25,052 nucleotides of DNA from Campylobacterota bacterium (GTDB lineage: Bacteria > Campylobacterota > Campylobacteria > Campylobacterales > Sulfurimonadaceae): positions 1-25,052 of the forward strand of contig JAYEKO010000009.1 in the NCBI GenBank assembly GCA_034661055.1, written 5' to 3'. The notes beneath the pieces are model-generated. The model did not search any database and was not told the origin of the DNA. It worked only from the letters and a program-made list of their open reading frames with translations. This document shows, in pieces, positions 1 to 9,737 of the stretch (position 1 is the stretch's first letter; each line of letters opens with the position of its first letter). The position numbers and the translations under genes were made by a program.

Positions 1-124
1 CAAAAAATTATGCTAATATTAGATCTATTGTTGATACTTCACGAAAAAGAGGCTTAAATGAATTTGAATCTCTTGTTTCTGTAATACAGGGGAATTCTCT
101 CTTTTAGAGAGGGTGATTAGTTAC
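1..124 (+). mobile_element. Right end of an IS66-family insertion sequence (transposase C-terminus 3-107 plus terminal repeat ending TTAC)
   Basis: Frame 3 reads KNYANIRSIVDTSRKRGLNEFESLVSVIQGNSLF* (stop 105-107), resembling the IS66 transposase C-terminal pattern (A)xxFAxIRSxxxTxRKxGxN. It is followed by GGGTGATTAGTTAC (111-124); IS66 elements are bounded by GTAA...TTAC. Confidence 0.75.
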
Positions 125-224
125 AAATAACTTATGGGCTTTAACATACCCATCACCTAAAAACAGAAAGAAAATTACCATAAATAGCAGGTTTTAGCCT
201 CCTTTGAAACATATAAAAAAAACA

Positions 225-247
225 TTTAAGTTTTATTCCGCTACAAT
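225..247 (+). promoter_or_regulatory. Putative sigma70-type promoter of the pilus/secretion operon
   Basis: TTTAAGTTTT (225-234) upstream of TACAAT (242-247), a Campylobacterota-style arrangement, about 115 nt before the GTG at 362. Confidence 0.45.
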
Positions 248-361
248 CAAGTAAGAACAACTCTGTTCTCTTTAAAAGAGTAAAAAGCAAGAGTGGAACT
301 GAAGTTGCTTTAAAAAGATTATACAGCACAATGCTAGTTCAATTTAATAAAGAGTAGATAC

Positions 362-1897
362 GTGAAGATAAAAGAAAAAGAGTCTAAGTTTACCAGCACC
401 CTTTCAATAAATCCATACAATCAGACTTTTTATAAAGTAAGTGATGCCGCTGCAAAATTAGATAAAAAACCAAATTTTGAAAAGAGACAGCAGAGTATCG
501 CTTTTTTAAATAATAAAAGCTTTATCTCTACACAAGTAAATATCAGCAAAAATATTCCCGAAGAAGACCTTCAAGACGCACTTGAAAATAGGGTTTATGA
601 AGAGTTGGCACTTGACTTGGCGATTGAATATTCAATCCAGTTTGTAGAATATTTTGACTCTACTGATGAGACAAACAGACATTTTCACGCTTTTATTGTT
701 GAGCCACAAATATTAGAAGAAGAGTTCACACAGAGTGTCAGTGCGGTCAAATATATTGATCAAATTGTACCAATACCACTTCTACTTAAATCTCTTTACC
801 AAAAAGAGTTAATCTTAGATAGCGGAGTTCACTGTTTTATATTTATTCAGGAACACGATGCATTCTTAGCTATCTACAACAATCAAGACTTTATTTATAC
901 TAAATCTTTAAAATACTCTATGAGTTTTATGCATGAAACATTTTGTGAACTACTTGGTGAGCAAGTAGATTATAGCGAGTTCATAACAGTTATGACTCAA
1001 GAGGGTCTTGGCGCAAACAAAAAAGAGTATCAAAAACATATCATTAAATTGCTAGGAGATACATTTTTACATGTAAATGATGTTTTAACTTATGCAAAAA
1101 GGGCCTATAATCTTGAAAATATTGATCAGATCTATATTGGCTCATACGCAGGTAACGTTCCTGGTGTAGATGAATACTCTCAGACATATTTAGGGGTAGC
1201 TACAGACATCTTTGAATTTGACTACGGTTTTGCAGCTGATGACATTCATATGGATGAGATACATGCATTAATGCACGTCTATCTTCAGCAAGATGAGTTT
1301 ACACGCTATGAGTGTAACTTTACAACATATCATAGGCCTCCAGCATTTACTCAGCGCAGTAGTGGTCAGCTCATTATTGCCCTAGCTGCATCAATATTTT
1401 TTGCATTCGCATACCCAGTTGCGTATTGGAGTCTCACTTATACTGAAAAAGTTCATTTTAAAATACTTGAGGACATCTATCAAAAAACACACTCTACAAG
1501 AGTTGTCAGAGAAGCGACTATTAACTTAAAAGAGAAGCAAAAAAGTGAAGCAAATGCACTTTTAACATCTGAAAAGAAAGCCTATGATGATAAAAAGCAG
1601 ACTCTAATTAAAATACATGATGTAAAAGTAAACTATCCGATGAAAGCTATTATATTGACAGAATTTACAAAAGAGTTTAATAAATACAACACTCAACTTA
1701 GTGAAATCACATATAGTGAGAACAACACTTCAAAAGCATTTACATTTTCATTAGTTGCAAAAAAAGATAGAGATATTACATCTCTACTGAAACATCTTAC
1801 AAAAATAAAGTCTAAAGACTTTGATTTTACTCTTAATAAGATATCTTACGACAGTGAAAAAATGGTATATACTGGAAAACTAAAGGCTCAATTATGA
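362..1897 (+). CDS. PilM/PilN-like (GspL/MshI-architecture) inner-membrane assembly platform protein
   Basis: 511 aa. Large cytoplasmic N-region, a single TM helix (LIIALAASIFFAFAYPVAYWSL), a coiled coil and a short periplasmic C-domain. First gene of an operon with secretin, ATPase and platform genes. Confidence 0.6.
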   Translation: MKIKEKESKFTSTLSINPYNQTFYKVSDAAAKLDKKPNFEKRQQSIAFLNNKSFISTQVNISKNIPEEDLQDALENRVYEELALDLAIEYSIQFVEYFDSTDETNRHFHAFIVEPQILEEEFTQSVSAVKYIDQIVPIPLLLKSLYQKELILDSGVHCFIFIQEHDAFLAIYNNQDFIYTKSLKYSMSFMHETFCELLGEQVDYSEFITVMTQEGLGANKKEYQKHIIKLLGDTFLHVNDVLTYAKRAYNLENIDQIYIGSYAGNVPGVDEYSQTYLGVATDIFEFDYGFAADDIHMDEIHALMHVYLQQDEFTRYECNFTTYHRPPAFTQRSSGQLIIALAASIFFAFAYPVAYWSLTYTEKVHFKILEDIYQKTHSTRVVREATINLKEKQKSEANALLTSEKKAYDDKKQTLIKIHDVKVNYPMKAIILTEFTKEFNKYNTQLSEITYSENNTSKAFTFSLVAKKDRDITSLLKHLTKIKSKDFDFTLNKISYDSEKMVYTGKLKAQL

Positions 1898-2526
1898 AAA
1901 TAAGTATTGAAGACTTCTTATATGATATTGACCAGAGTTTTTCTAAAAAAACACAAAAAGACAGATATCTTGTCTATTTTATGGCTTTTGCTGGAATATT
2001 TGCCTTCTCTTATCTGCTATTTTGGGAAAGCTCTGAAAAAGAGTTCAACACCATACGCCAAGAGGTGACAACTCTTGATAAACAGATTAAAGTCGATGAG
2101 GCCTATTTACAAGTCAATCCAGAGACAAAAATTGTGCAAATAGAAAATGAGACTGCTCAAATTAAAAAAACATACACGGAATATCAAGACTATAACTCCT
2201 ATATTAAATTTCAGATTGAGCAGATATCATCCCTGTTTTATGATGAGAAAACATGGGGGTCCTATATTCATTCTATTGCTAAAAATGCAAAAAAATATGG
2301 CATGAAGCTAGTTGACTTTGGAAATAGCTTTACCACAAACAATCAAGCCTTTGGTCATGTTCTAGATATTTCTATTAACTCAGTTGGTGACTACGGTAGT
2401 ACTTTAAAATTTATTAACTCACTAGAGCAGAGCTTTTTAGTAGTTGATTTACATGATTTTAATATTAGTGCTAGCAATCATCTCTCATCAGATCTCAATA
2501 TCTCTGTTTGGGGGATTATAGAATGA
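1894..2526 (+). CDS. PilO/MshJ-like assembly protein
   Basis: 210 aa. N-terminal TM (YLVYFMAFAGIFAFSYLLFW), coiled coil, and C-terminal GDYGSTLKFINSLEQ motif typical of PilO/GspM/MshJ. ATGA overlap with the upstream gene. Confidence 0.7.
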   Translation: MKISIEDFLYDIDQSFSKKTQKDRYLVYFMAFAGIFAFSYLLFWESSEKEFNTIRQEVTTLDKQIKVDEAYLQVNPETKIVQIENETAQIKKTYTEYQDYNSYIKFQIEQISSLFYDEKTWGSYIHSIAKNAKKYGMKLVDFGNSFTTNNQAFGHVLDISINSVGDYGSTLKFINSLEQSFLVVDLHDFNISASNHLSSDLNISVWGIIE

Positions 2527-2954
2527 CTTTTAAACCATTAAAGATTATGCTAATAGCAGCAATAAGCGTAACGGCCCTTTTCTCAGACAATCTCTCGTGG
2601 GTGGATCAGCAAATTACTGCAATACTTCCTAAACGTGTAGGTATAGCTGATAGTAAGATATCACAACTTAGTAATCCAATAAGGTATCAAAAATTAGTGG
2701 TTAAGGACTCAGATCCTGACACAAAAACTGTAACTCACACACAGATTGCTGAAGTAGTCAAACCTCTTAAAGTTGCAGCAATTCTTAATAATAGTGCTTT
2801 AATAGATAAGAAATGGCTCAAGATTAATGACACCATTCGTGGCTACAAAGTAAAGCGTATCAATAGCGACAGTGTTCTACTAAAAAGCAAAGACAACAGA
2901 TTAAAGCTCTTTGTAAAAGAGAAGAACAATAAAATAAAAATTCAAATTAACTAG
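2523..2954 (+). CDS. Small exported assembly protein, MshK/PilP/CtsR-like
   Basis: Start re-called at ATG 2523 (ATGA overlap). Signal-like N-terminus; C-terminal AILNNSALID...INDTIRGYKVKRI beta-rich domain like MshK/GspC-HR. Lies directly before the secretin. Confidence 0.55.
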   Translation: MTFKPLKIMLIAAISVTALFSDNLSWVDQQITAILPKRVGIADSKISQLSNPIRYQKLVVKDSDPDTKTVTHTQIAEVVKPLKVAAILNNSALIDKKWLKINDTIRGYKVKRINSDSVLLKSKDNRLKLFVKEKNNKIKIQIN

Positions 2955-2964
2955 GATAACCATA

Positions 2965-4545
2965 ATGAAACACTTAAGAGATATTAAAATATTCCGATCC
3001 CTTATATTTACACTCTCAATATCACTCTACCCTTCTTATGCTCTTGCTGATTGTAGTTATGAACTATTTACAATCTCATCAGCCAAAGGAACAACCATAA
3101 ATAGCTTTATTGACCAGATTACTGATGAGTGTAACTATAGCATTATTGTCACAGACAATGATGCAGAGAAAATCTTAGATAAAACTATGAATAAGACAAA
3201 CATCAAAAATATGACTATCCATGAGGTTTTTGACTTTGTCTTAAAAGAGAATAACCTAGCCTATACACTAAAAAACAATATTTTAAAGATTTCATACCTA
3301 CAGACAAAAACTTATCATATTGATTATATCCTTTCAGAAAGAAAAGGAGTTGGAAGTACTGATGTCACTTTAAGTAGTTCAACAGGAACAAGTGACACAG
3401 GAGCCACTGGAGCCACTGGAACCAGCACACAATCTAATAATGGAAAATCTGAATCAGGCATTAAGATAGAAACTTCAGATGAAGTAAAATTTTGGGAAAT
3501 CTTAGACAATGAGCTACAAGAGATACTAAACCGTCCAGAAGATAATTATGATGCACAAAAACCAATTATTAATAAAAATGCTGGACTCATCACCGTAACA
3601 GCAACTTCAAAGCAGATAAAGCGTTTAGATGAATATATTAAAATCATGCAAGAAAAAGTTCACTATCAAGTCCTTATTGATGTACACATGCTTGGTGTTG
3701 TCTTTCGTGATAGTAAAAGTACCGGTATTGACTGGGCTCAACTCTATGCTCTTCAGAACCTAGAAGTGAATATAGATCGTCTTAATCATAAAAATGTCTC
3801 TGAGTTTGATACCGATGGTACCATTACAGAAGGGGCACTAAATACAGCCTTTAGTACCTCAAGCTTAGTTAAAATCAATGGAGGTGGCTCTCTTAATGAA
3901 GTAGTTAAGTTCTTAAAAACGCAAGGTGATGTTTATGCAATTTCTAATCCAAAAGTGCTCACTCTAAATAATCAACCAGCACTTATTACAGTTGGTACCG
4001 AATATTTTTATAAAATTCAACAGTCAACCAATCAACAGGGAAGCGGTGGTGGTCTTGCTGCAACAACACAAAACGATGAAGTCAACTCTGTGTTTGCCGG
4101 TGTTCTGCTCGATATCACTCCTGAAATTTCTAGTGATGACACCATTACACTCAAAATAAACCCATCTGTATCAGAGACTCGTGAAGTTATGACTGAGGGA
4201 GATTCAGAAAACCGCACAATGCCACCTGACTTAAAAAGAAGACAACTAGCTTCAGTAGTAACGGTTAAAGATGGAAACCGAATTATTCTTGGTGGGTTAA
4301 TTAATTCTCAAGTCACAAACAAGGCCAATAAAGTGCCTCTACTTGGAGACATACCGGGAATAAGTTACTTTTTTAGTTATGAAGAGAAAGTTAAACAAGT
4401 TGAGGAGCTTGTCATTATTATTGAACCACATATAATTCGTAAAGAAAATAATAACATATCCTTAAAAGACTTAGGCTATGAGGGAATTGGTAATGATATG
4501 GTAAACATTCCGGCCAAAACAGATAAAGTAACCGATGCAAAATAA
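2965..4545 (+). CDS. mshL: Secretin, MshL/CtsD type
   Basis: 526 aa. Signal peptide, Ser/Thr/Gly-rich linker, secretin motifs GIDW, SNPKVLTLNNQPALITVG, GVLLDITPEI and KVPLLGDIPG. Confidence 0.9.
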   Translation: MKHLRDIKIFRSLIFTLSISLYPSYALADCSYELFTISSAKGTTINSFIDQITDECNYSIIVTDNDAEKILDKTMNKTNIKNMTIHEVFDFVLKENNLAYTLKNNILKISYLQTKTYHIDYILSERKGVGSTDVTLSSSTGTSDTGATGATGTSTQSNNGKSESGIKIETSDEVKFWEILDNELQEILNRPEDNYDAQKPIINKNAGLITVTATSKQIKRLDEYIKIMQEKVHYQVLIDVHMLGVVFRDSKSTGIDWAQLYALQNLEVNIDRLNHKNVSEFDTDGTITEGALNTAFSTSSLVKINGGGSLNEVVKFLKTQGDVYAISNPKVLTLNNQPALITVGTEYFYKIQQSTNQQGSGGGLAATTQNDEVNSVFAGVLLDITPEISSDDTITLKINPSVSETREVMTEGDSENRTMPPDLKRRQLASVVTVKDGNRIILGGLINSQVTNKANKVPLLGDIPGISYFFSYEEKVKQVEELVIIIEPHIIRKENNNISLKDLGYEGIGNDMVNIPAKTDKVTDAK

Positions 4546-5344
4546 TCTATTTGAAAAACCCAAAGAGGTCTTTTTAGATGTCGTTGATCCCAAAGACTAT
4601 GTTCAGCTTGAACGTATAGCTACAATATATCAATCTTTAAAAGATTCTGTACAGAAACCTTTAAAGATGATTTTACTTTATGGTAAACCAGGAACGGGAA
4701 AGAGTATGCTACTTAGTAAGCTCTATCAGGATCTTTCACGTGCTCAGAAAGTTGTACTTTACCAATCTCCCATTTTAGATGACAGTGAATTCTTGCGTTC
4801 TCTAGCAAAAGATATTTACCATTTTGCACCAGAGAGTGATTTAAACTTCACAAACTTTATGGAAGTTACTGAAAAGTTTAAACATACTACCACTCCAATT
4901 GTGCTTTTAGATGAAGCACAACTCTATTCGCCACCGCAAATGGAAAAAATTCGTTTACTTTCAGATTCACGAAAAATTAAGTTTGTTGTTACTCTACATA
5001 AAACTGAGGAAGAAGACATTATTGCTAAAGAGCACTTTCAAACCAGAATTTGGGAAAGTATTGAACTAATTAATGCCTCTTCGGCAGAACTTAAAATCTA
5101 TATTCAAAAAAAACTGATGAAAGCAAACTGTTTTGATATTGCAAATATGTTTAATGAGAAAAATATTCAATCTGTCTTTAAAACAACAAGCGGAAATTAC
5201 AGAGATACTAACAAGCTACTCTATACTCTATTTCAAATTTTATCTTGGTATGAAGAGAATCAACCTACTAAGATTAATTATACTGCTATTTCTAAAAAAC
5301 ATATTGAAATGGCTGCAATACATACAGGATTAATTCGTGCTTAA
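4535..5344 (+). CDS. ExeA/MshM/CtsP-like AAA ATPase
   Basis: Walker A GKPGTGKS and Walker B VLLDEAQ. Sits after the secretin as ctsP does in C. jejuni and mshM in Vibrio. Confidence 0.8.
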   Translation: MQNNLFEKPKEVFLDVVDPKDYVQLERIATIYQSLKDSVQKPLKMILLYGKPGTGKSMLLSKLYQDLSRAQKVVLYQSPILDDSEFLRSLAKDIYHFAPESDLNFTNFMEVTEKFKHTTTPIVLLDEAQLYSPPQMEKIRLLSDSRKIKFVVTLHKTEEEDIIAKEHFQTRIWESIELINASSAELKIYIQKKLMKANCFDIANMFNEKNIQSVFKTTSGNYRDTNKLLYTLFQILSWYEENQPTKINYTAISKKHIEMAAIHTGLIRA

Positions 5345-6209
5345 TGTCCGTGATTTAGAGCAACAATGGCTTACATATAAGATAAAAAGTTATTATCCTT
5401 ACCTATTTTCACTTCTAGCTATATTGTTAATTATTGCTGGTATTGCACTATATATTAATAGTAGTCCCACTAATGATATTACAGATAAAACAGATCAAAA
5501 TATAAACACTAAGAGCACTGAAAAAGATTTACATGTAAATATAGAGCCAACAATTTCACAAAATAGAGTAAAGCAACCTAAAATCACGAGTAGCAAACAA
5601 GAAGAAAAAATTAATACATCTCAATCTTCTAATAAAGATGTTGTAGTATCTACTGAAAAACAATCAAATGTGTATACACCAAAAATAATTGAGCCGTCAT
5701 TCTCATTCTTAGATAAATTCAACTCTTATTCACCTAAACCAACAGAGACTAAAACCAATAGTAAAAAAATAATCAATACAACCGTTCCACCAGCACAAGA
5801 GAAACTGCCACCAAAGATTAATACAAGCCTGTTAGAGGCCAAGACTTTAACCAAGCCTCAACCTAAAGAGAATGCACCAGCTGGTATTAAAATTAATCGC
5901 ACAAAGACACAAAAAGAGATTCAGGACATCATACGTCGATTTAATGAAAATAAAAGCCCTGCCCTTGGTCTCTATTTAGCACGATATTATTATAAAATAA
6001 AAAATTATCAAAAGTCATACAACTACGCCTTAAATACAAACCATGTTGATGCCAATATTGAAGAGAGTTGGTTAATCTTTGCATCATCCCAAGCGAAACT
6101 AGACAAAAGAGATGATGCAATTAAAACTCTAATTGCCTATATTAAAAACAGTGATTCTATTAATGCAAAAAATCTATTGCGAAGCATTAGAAGCGGAGAG
6201 TTTCGATGA
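5337..6209 (+). CDS. Membrane-anchored TPR protein (CtsX/MshN-like)
   Basis: N-terminal TM, long low-complexity S/T/K/P linker, C-terminal TPR-like helices (LARYYYKIKNYQKSYNYAL...EESWLIFASSQAKL). Confidence 0.65.
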   Translation: MLNVRDLEQQWLTYKIKSYYPYLFSLLAILLIIAGIALYINSSPTNDITDKTDQNINTKSTEKDLHVNIEPTISQNRVKQPKITSSKQEEKINTSQSSNKDVVVSTEKQSNVYTPKIIEPSFSFLDKFNSYSPKPTETKTNSKKIINTTVPPAQEKLPPKINTSLLEAKTLTKPQPKENAPAGIKINRTKTQKEIQDIIRRFNENKSPALGLYLARYYYKIKNYQKSYNYALNTNHVDANIEESWLIFASSQAKLDKRDDAIKTLIAYIKNSDSINAKNLLRSIRSGEFR

Positions 6210-6745
6210 AATTAATCATACTTTTTATAATCACTTTTACACTATCTCATGCAGACCAGAAGCAAGACGTTATAGACCTGTATAAATCTGGTAAATACAA
6301 AGAGTCTTGCTTAGCAGGCCTCTCCATTATAGATAAGAACTCTAAAGATGAGAGCTTTGTAACACTTTATGCTTTTGCATGTCTTAATTCTGACTATATA
6401 GATCGACTTAACCTTCCCATATCAAAACTAAAATTTTCAAAAGAGGCTCGCAGTAATGCTGCCTATTTTTCAATTATATTAATGCAAAAAAAGCTTCTAC
6501 TACACTCTTTAGCCGACAATTATGATATTAGTGATTTAAAACTTCCTTCCACTAGCTTTATTCTCTCTCGAGTCTTTGACTTGTACTCTAAAGCACAGCA
6601 TGGAGCAAAACACTACCATTTTAATGATCCTCAAAAAGATAAAGTCTCTTATGAGCTTTATCTAAAGAAGCAACATGGGATAAATAAAATAGTTATTGAA
6701 GAGTTTTATGATAAAATTTTAACTAAACGCCACTTTTACTGGTAG
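6206..6745 (+). CDS. Exported hypothetical protein within the pilus operon
   Basis: 179 aa with a signal peptide (MKLIILFIITFTLSHA), ATGA-coupled to the upstream gene, two cysteines. Confidence 0.75.
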   Translation: MKLIILFIITFTLSHADQKQDVIDLYKSGKYKESCLAGLSIIDKNSKDESFVTLYAFACLNSDYIDRLNLPISKLKFSKEARSNAAYFSIILMQKKLLLHSLADNYDISDLKLPSTSFILSRVFDLYSKAQHGAKHYHFNDPQKDKVSYELYLKKQHGINKIVIEEFYDKILTKRHFYW

Positions 6746-6753
6746 GACACACA

Positions 6754-8490
6754 ATGGATAAAGTAACTTTAGACCTTTTAGAAAAAGATCATATACACCA
6801 GCAACAGATAGATCGGCTCACTTCTAGAGGCTTAAATGATGACACCGTACTAGAAACTCTCACAAAGGTTGGTGCAGTATCGGTAAACTTTATTAAACGC
6901 TTTGTTGTAGAACAGATTCGACAGGGTCGCTACAAGCTTGATATTATTAAACACTACCATTTTTTAAAAGAAGAGGAAATTCTTACCTATTTAGCAGAAA
7001 TAATGGATGTAGAATTTGTTGATCTTGACTCAATTGATATGGACTATCGACTTGCTGAAAAAGTTCCCCTTGTTCAACTTCAACGTTTTGATGCACTTCC
7101 AATTGCTCAAGATGACCTAAGTGCCACTATTGTCTTTTCAGATCCTCTTAATATTGAAGCACAAGAATCACTTCAACGATTTTTTCCTAGAAAACCTATT
7201 AAAGTAGCTATTTCTACTAATAAACAGATTTCAGCATATCTATTAAAAATGGAAATTAAAGACAGTGTCAAAGAACTTGTCACTAACATTCGTAATGAAT
7301 TAAATTCCATTACTTCACTTGAGGAGCAGCAAGAAGCATCTTCTATTTTACTGCTCATTGATGTTATATTAAAAGCATGTATTAAGGGGCGCGCAAGTGA
7401 TATTCACATTGAACCTACAGAAAATAACTGTGTTGTTCGTGGACGAGTTGATGGAAAACTTGCTGAAATTTTTATTTTTGACAAAGATATTTATCCACCT
7501 CTAGCTTCTCGTATTAAACTATTAGCCAACTTAGATATTGCAGAAAAACGAAAACCTCAGGATGGCCGTTTTTCTGCAACTGTTGCCGGTGCTGAATTTG
7601 ATTTTCGACTCTCAACACTCCCAATTTTATATGGTGAATCTATTGTTATGCGTATTCTTGATAAAGAGAAAGCACTCGTCAAACTTGAAGATGCCGGAAT
7701 GGACCAAGCTAGCTATGGAAAACTAATTAAGGGGCTTCATGAGCCATTTGGTATTATTTTAGTAACAGGACCAACAGGAAGTGGTAAAACAACTACACTC
7801 TATGGAGCACTTAATGAACTTCGTAATGTTGAAGAGAAAGTTATTACTGTTGAAGACCCTGTAGAGTATCGAATGAACCTTATTCAACAAGTCCAAGTTC
7901 GTGCTAGTGTTGGGCTCTCTTTTGCAGATGCCTTACGTTCTATTTTAAGACAAGATCCCGATAAAATCATGATTGGGGAAATTCGTGATCAAGAGACCCT
8001 TGAAATAGCCATTAAAGCTGCATTAACAGGGCATATGGTTATCTCTACACTTCACACCAACGATGCCGTAAGTTCTATCCCAAGAATGGTTGATATGGGA
8101 ATTGAACCCTACCTAATTAGTGGTGCACTAGTTGCAATTCAAGCGCAACGTCTTATTCGAAAAGTATGCTCTCACTGTAAAAAAGAGATTGATATTCCAA
8201 AGTCCGTATATGAAGAGTATAAGAGCTATATTCCTGAAGGAACTGTCTTTTATGAAGGTGTAGGATGCAGAGAATGTAACGGATCAGGCTATATGGGCAG
8301 AGAGATGATTTGTGAAGTTCTGCCTGTCTCTGAGGAGATCTCAAGTCTAATTGCAAAAAATGCATCAAAAGACAGTATAATGGAACAGGCAAACCAAGAA
8401 GGCTTTGAAGATATGTTTACCAATGGTATGCAAAAAGCAATTGAGGGTGTCACGACTATTGAAGAGATATTAAGGGTAGCTAAAAAATGA
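6754..8490 (+). CDS. gspE: GspE/PilB/CtsE assembly ATPase
   Basis: ASDIHIEP, Walker A GPTGSGKTTT, TVEDPVE, LRQDPDKIMIGEIRD, His box TLHTND, and CxxC...CxxC zinc motif. Confidence 0.95.
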   Translation: MDKVTLDLLEKDHIHQQQIDRLTSRGLNDDTVLETLTKVGAVSVNFIKRFVVEQIRQGRYKLDIIKHYHFLKEEEILTYLAEIMDVEFVDLDSIDMDYRLAEKVPLVQLQRFDALPIAQDDLSATIVFSDPLNIEAQESLQRFFPRKPIKVAISTNKQISAYLLKMEIKDSVKELVTNIRNELNSITSLEEQQEASSILLLIDVILKACIKGRASDIHIEPTENNCVVRGRVDGKLAEIFIFDKDIYPPLASRIKLLANLDIAEKRKPQDGRFSATVAGAEFDFRLSTLPILYGESIVMRILDKEKALVKLEDAGMDQASYGKLIKGLHEPFGIILVTGPTGSGKTTTLYGALNELRNVEEKVITVEDPVEYRMNLIQQVQVRASVGLSFADALRSILRQDPDKIMIGEIRDQETLEIAIKAALTGHMVISTLHTNDAVSSIPRMVDMGIEPYLISGALVAIQAQRLIRKVCSHCKKEIDIPKSVYEEYKSYIPEGTVFYEGVGCRECNGSGYMGREMICEVLPVSEEISSLIAKNASKDSIMEQANQEGFEDMFTNGMQKAIEGVTTIEEILRVAKK

Positions 8491-9731
8491 CCTACTTTAC
8501 TGCAACACTACTTTATAAAGGGAAAAAAGAGAATCATAGCTTTTTTGCTGAGACAAAGAAAGAGGCACACTATATTTCCAAAATTAAATTTAGCGGTATG
8601 CTACTTAAAGTTGAAGAGTCTGACCCACCATTAGAAATTAAGTTTCAAATGCTAAAAGATGATCTTTTTAAAAACCTTCAAAAGAAAAAAGTTAAACAAG
8701 ACGCTCTTATTGCTGCAATGCGACAGCTAGCTGTTATGGCAAATGCCGGCATCTCAATTCATGATGCACTTTATGAGATGGCAGCATCAACAAATGACAA
8801 AAACCTTTCAGAAATTTTAAATACTATAGCAGAAGATATCAATGCCGGGCAGAGTCTATCAGACTCCATGGAAAATTTTCGTTTTCAACTTGGAAATTTA
8901 ACATTAGCTATGGTTAAACTAGGCGAGCAGACCGGTAACATGGCTGAATCACTTTACAAACTCTCAGATATGCTCGAAGAGATTCGTAAAAATATTATTA
9001 AATTTAAAAAAGCGATGGCATATCCTCGTAATGTAATGATTGCTATGGCTATAGCTTTTACAATTTTAATCTCATACGTTGTTCCAAAATTTAAAACAAT
9101 GTTTGATAAGTTCAATACGGAACTTCCACTCCCGACACTAATTCTTTTAAAACTAGAATATCTATTTAATAATTATGGGCTCTATGTTTTAGGAGGAATC
9201 TTCCTATTTATATTTATTCTTAAATATTTTATTAATAACAGCATGTCATTTCGCTATAAATGGCATCAACTTTTACTCAGAATATACCTCATTAAAAATG
9301 TAATCCTCTATGCAACACTAAACCGTTTTACACTTGTTTTTTCTGAACTAGTCCGTGCCGGAATTCCAATTGCCGAAGCATTAGATACTTCAATTGAGAT
9401 GGTTGATAACCTTCCATTAAAAAAACGACTATTAACTATTAGAGCTACCGTAGAAAAAGGTGGCTCCTTACATATAGGGCTAGAGGACACTGAACTTTTT
9501 GAAAACATGATTGTGCAGATGGTAAAAGCAGGAGAATCAAGTGGTCAACTTGATGCAATGCTCGATAAAGTAGCTGAATATTTTAAGATGAAATTTGATG
9601 CTATTATTGATGGGCTTTCAGAAGCTATTGAACCTATTATGCTTCTTATTGTTTCAGCTATGGTATTGCTATTAGCAACAGGTATTTTCTTACCAATGTG
9701 GGGTATTGGAGACGCAGTATTAGGTAAATAG
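8487..9731 (+). CDS. gspF: GspF/PilC/CtsF inner-membrane platform protein
   Basis: Two T2SSF repeats (RQLAVMANAGI; GEQTGNM; KKAMAYP; GESSGQLDAML; IEP) and three TM segments. Confidence 0.95.
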   Translation: MTYFTATLLYKGKKENHSFFAETKKEAHYISKIKFSGMLLKVEESDPPLEIKFQMLKDDLFKNLQKKKVKQDALIAAMRQLAVMANAGISIHDALYEMAASTNDKNLSEILNTIAEDINAGQSLSDSMENFRFQLGNLTLAMVKLGEQTGNMAESLYKLSDMLEEIRKNIIKFKKAMAYPRNVMIAMAIAFTILISYVVPKFKTMFDKFNTELPLPTLILLKLEYLFNNYGLYVLGGIFLFIFILKYFINNSMSFRYKWHQLLLRIYLIKNVILYATLNRFTLVFSELVRAGIPIAEALDTSIEMVDNLPLKKRLLTIRATVEKGGSLHIGLEDTELFENMIVQMVKAGESSGQLDAMLDKVAEYFKMKFDAIIDGLSEAIEPIMLLIVSAMVLLLATGIFLPMWGIGDAVLGK

Positions 9732-9737
9732 AGAATT

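Noticed and set aside
125..206. Minus-strand AAAGGAGG followed by a short hydrophobic ORF (MVIFFLFLGDGYVKAHKLF...), a possible type I toxin
   Set aside because: SD-to-ATG spacing is about 16 nt, the hydrophobic stretch is too short, and the ORF runs into the IS66 end.
3400..3420. GGAGCCACT tandem repeat in the secretin gene
   Set aside because: In-frame 9-bp duplication encoding the usual Gly/Ala/Thr linker; not a phase-variation tract.
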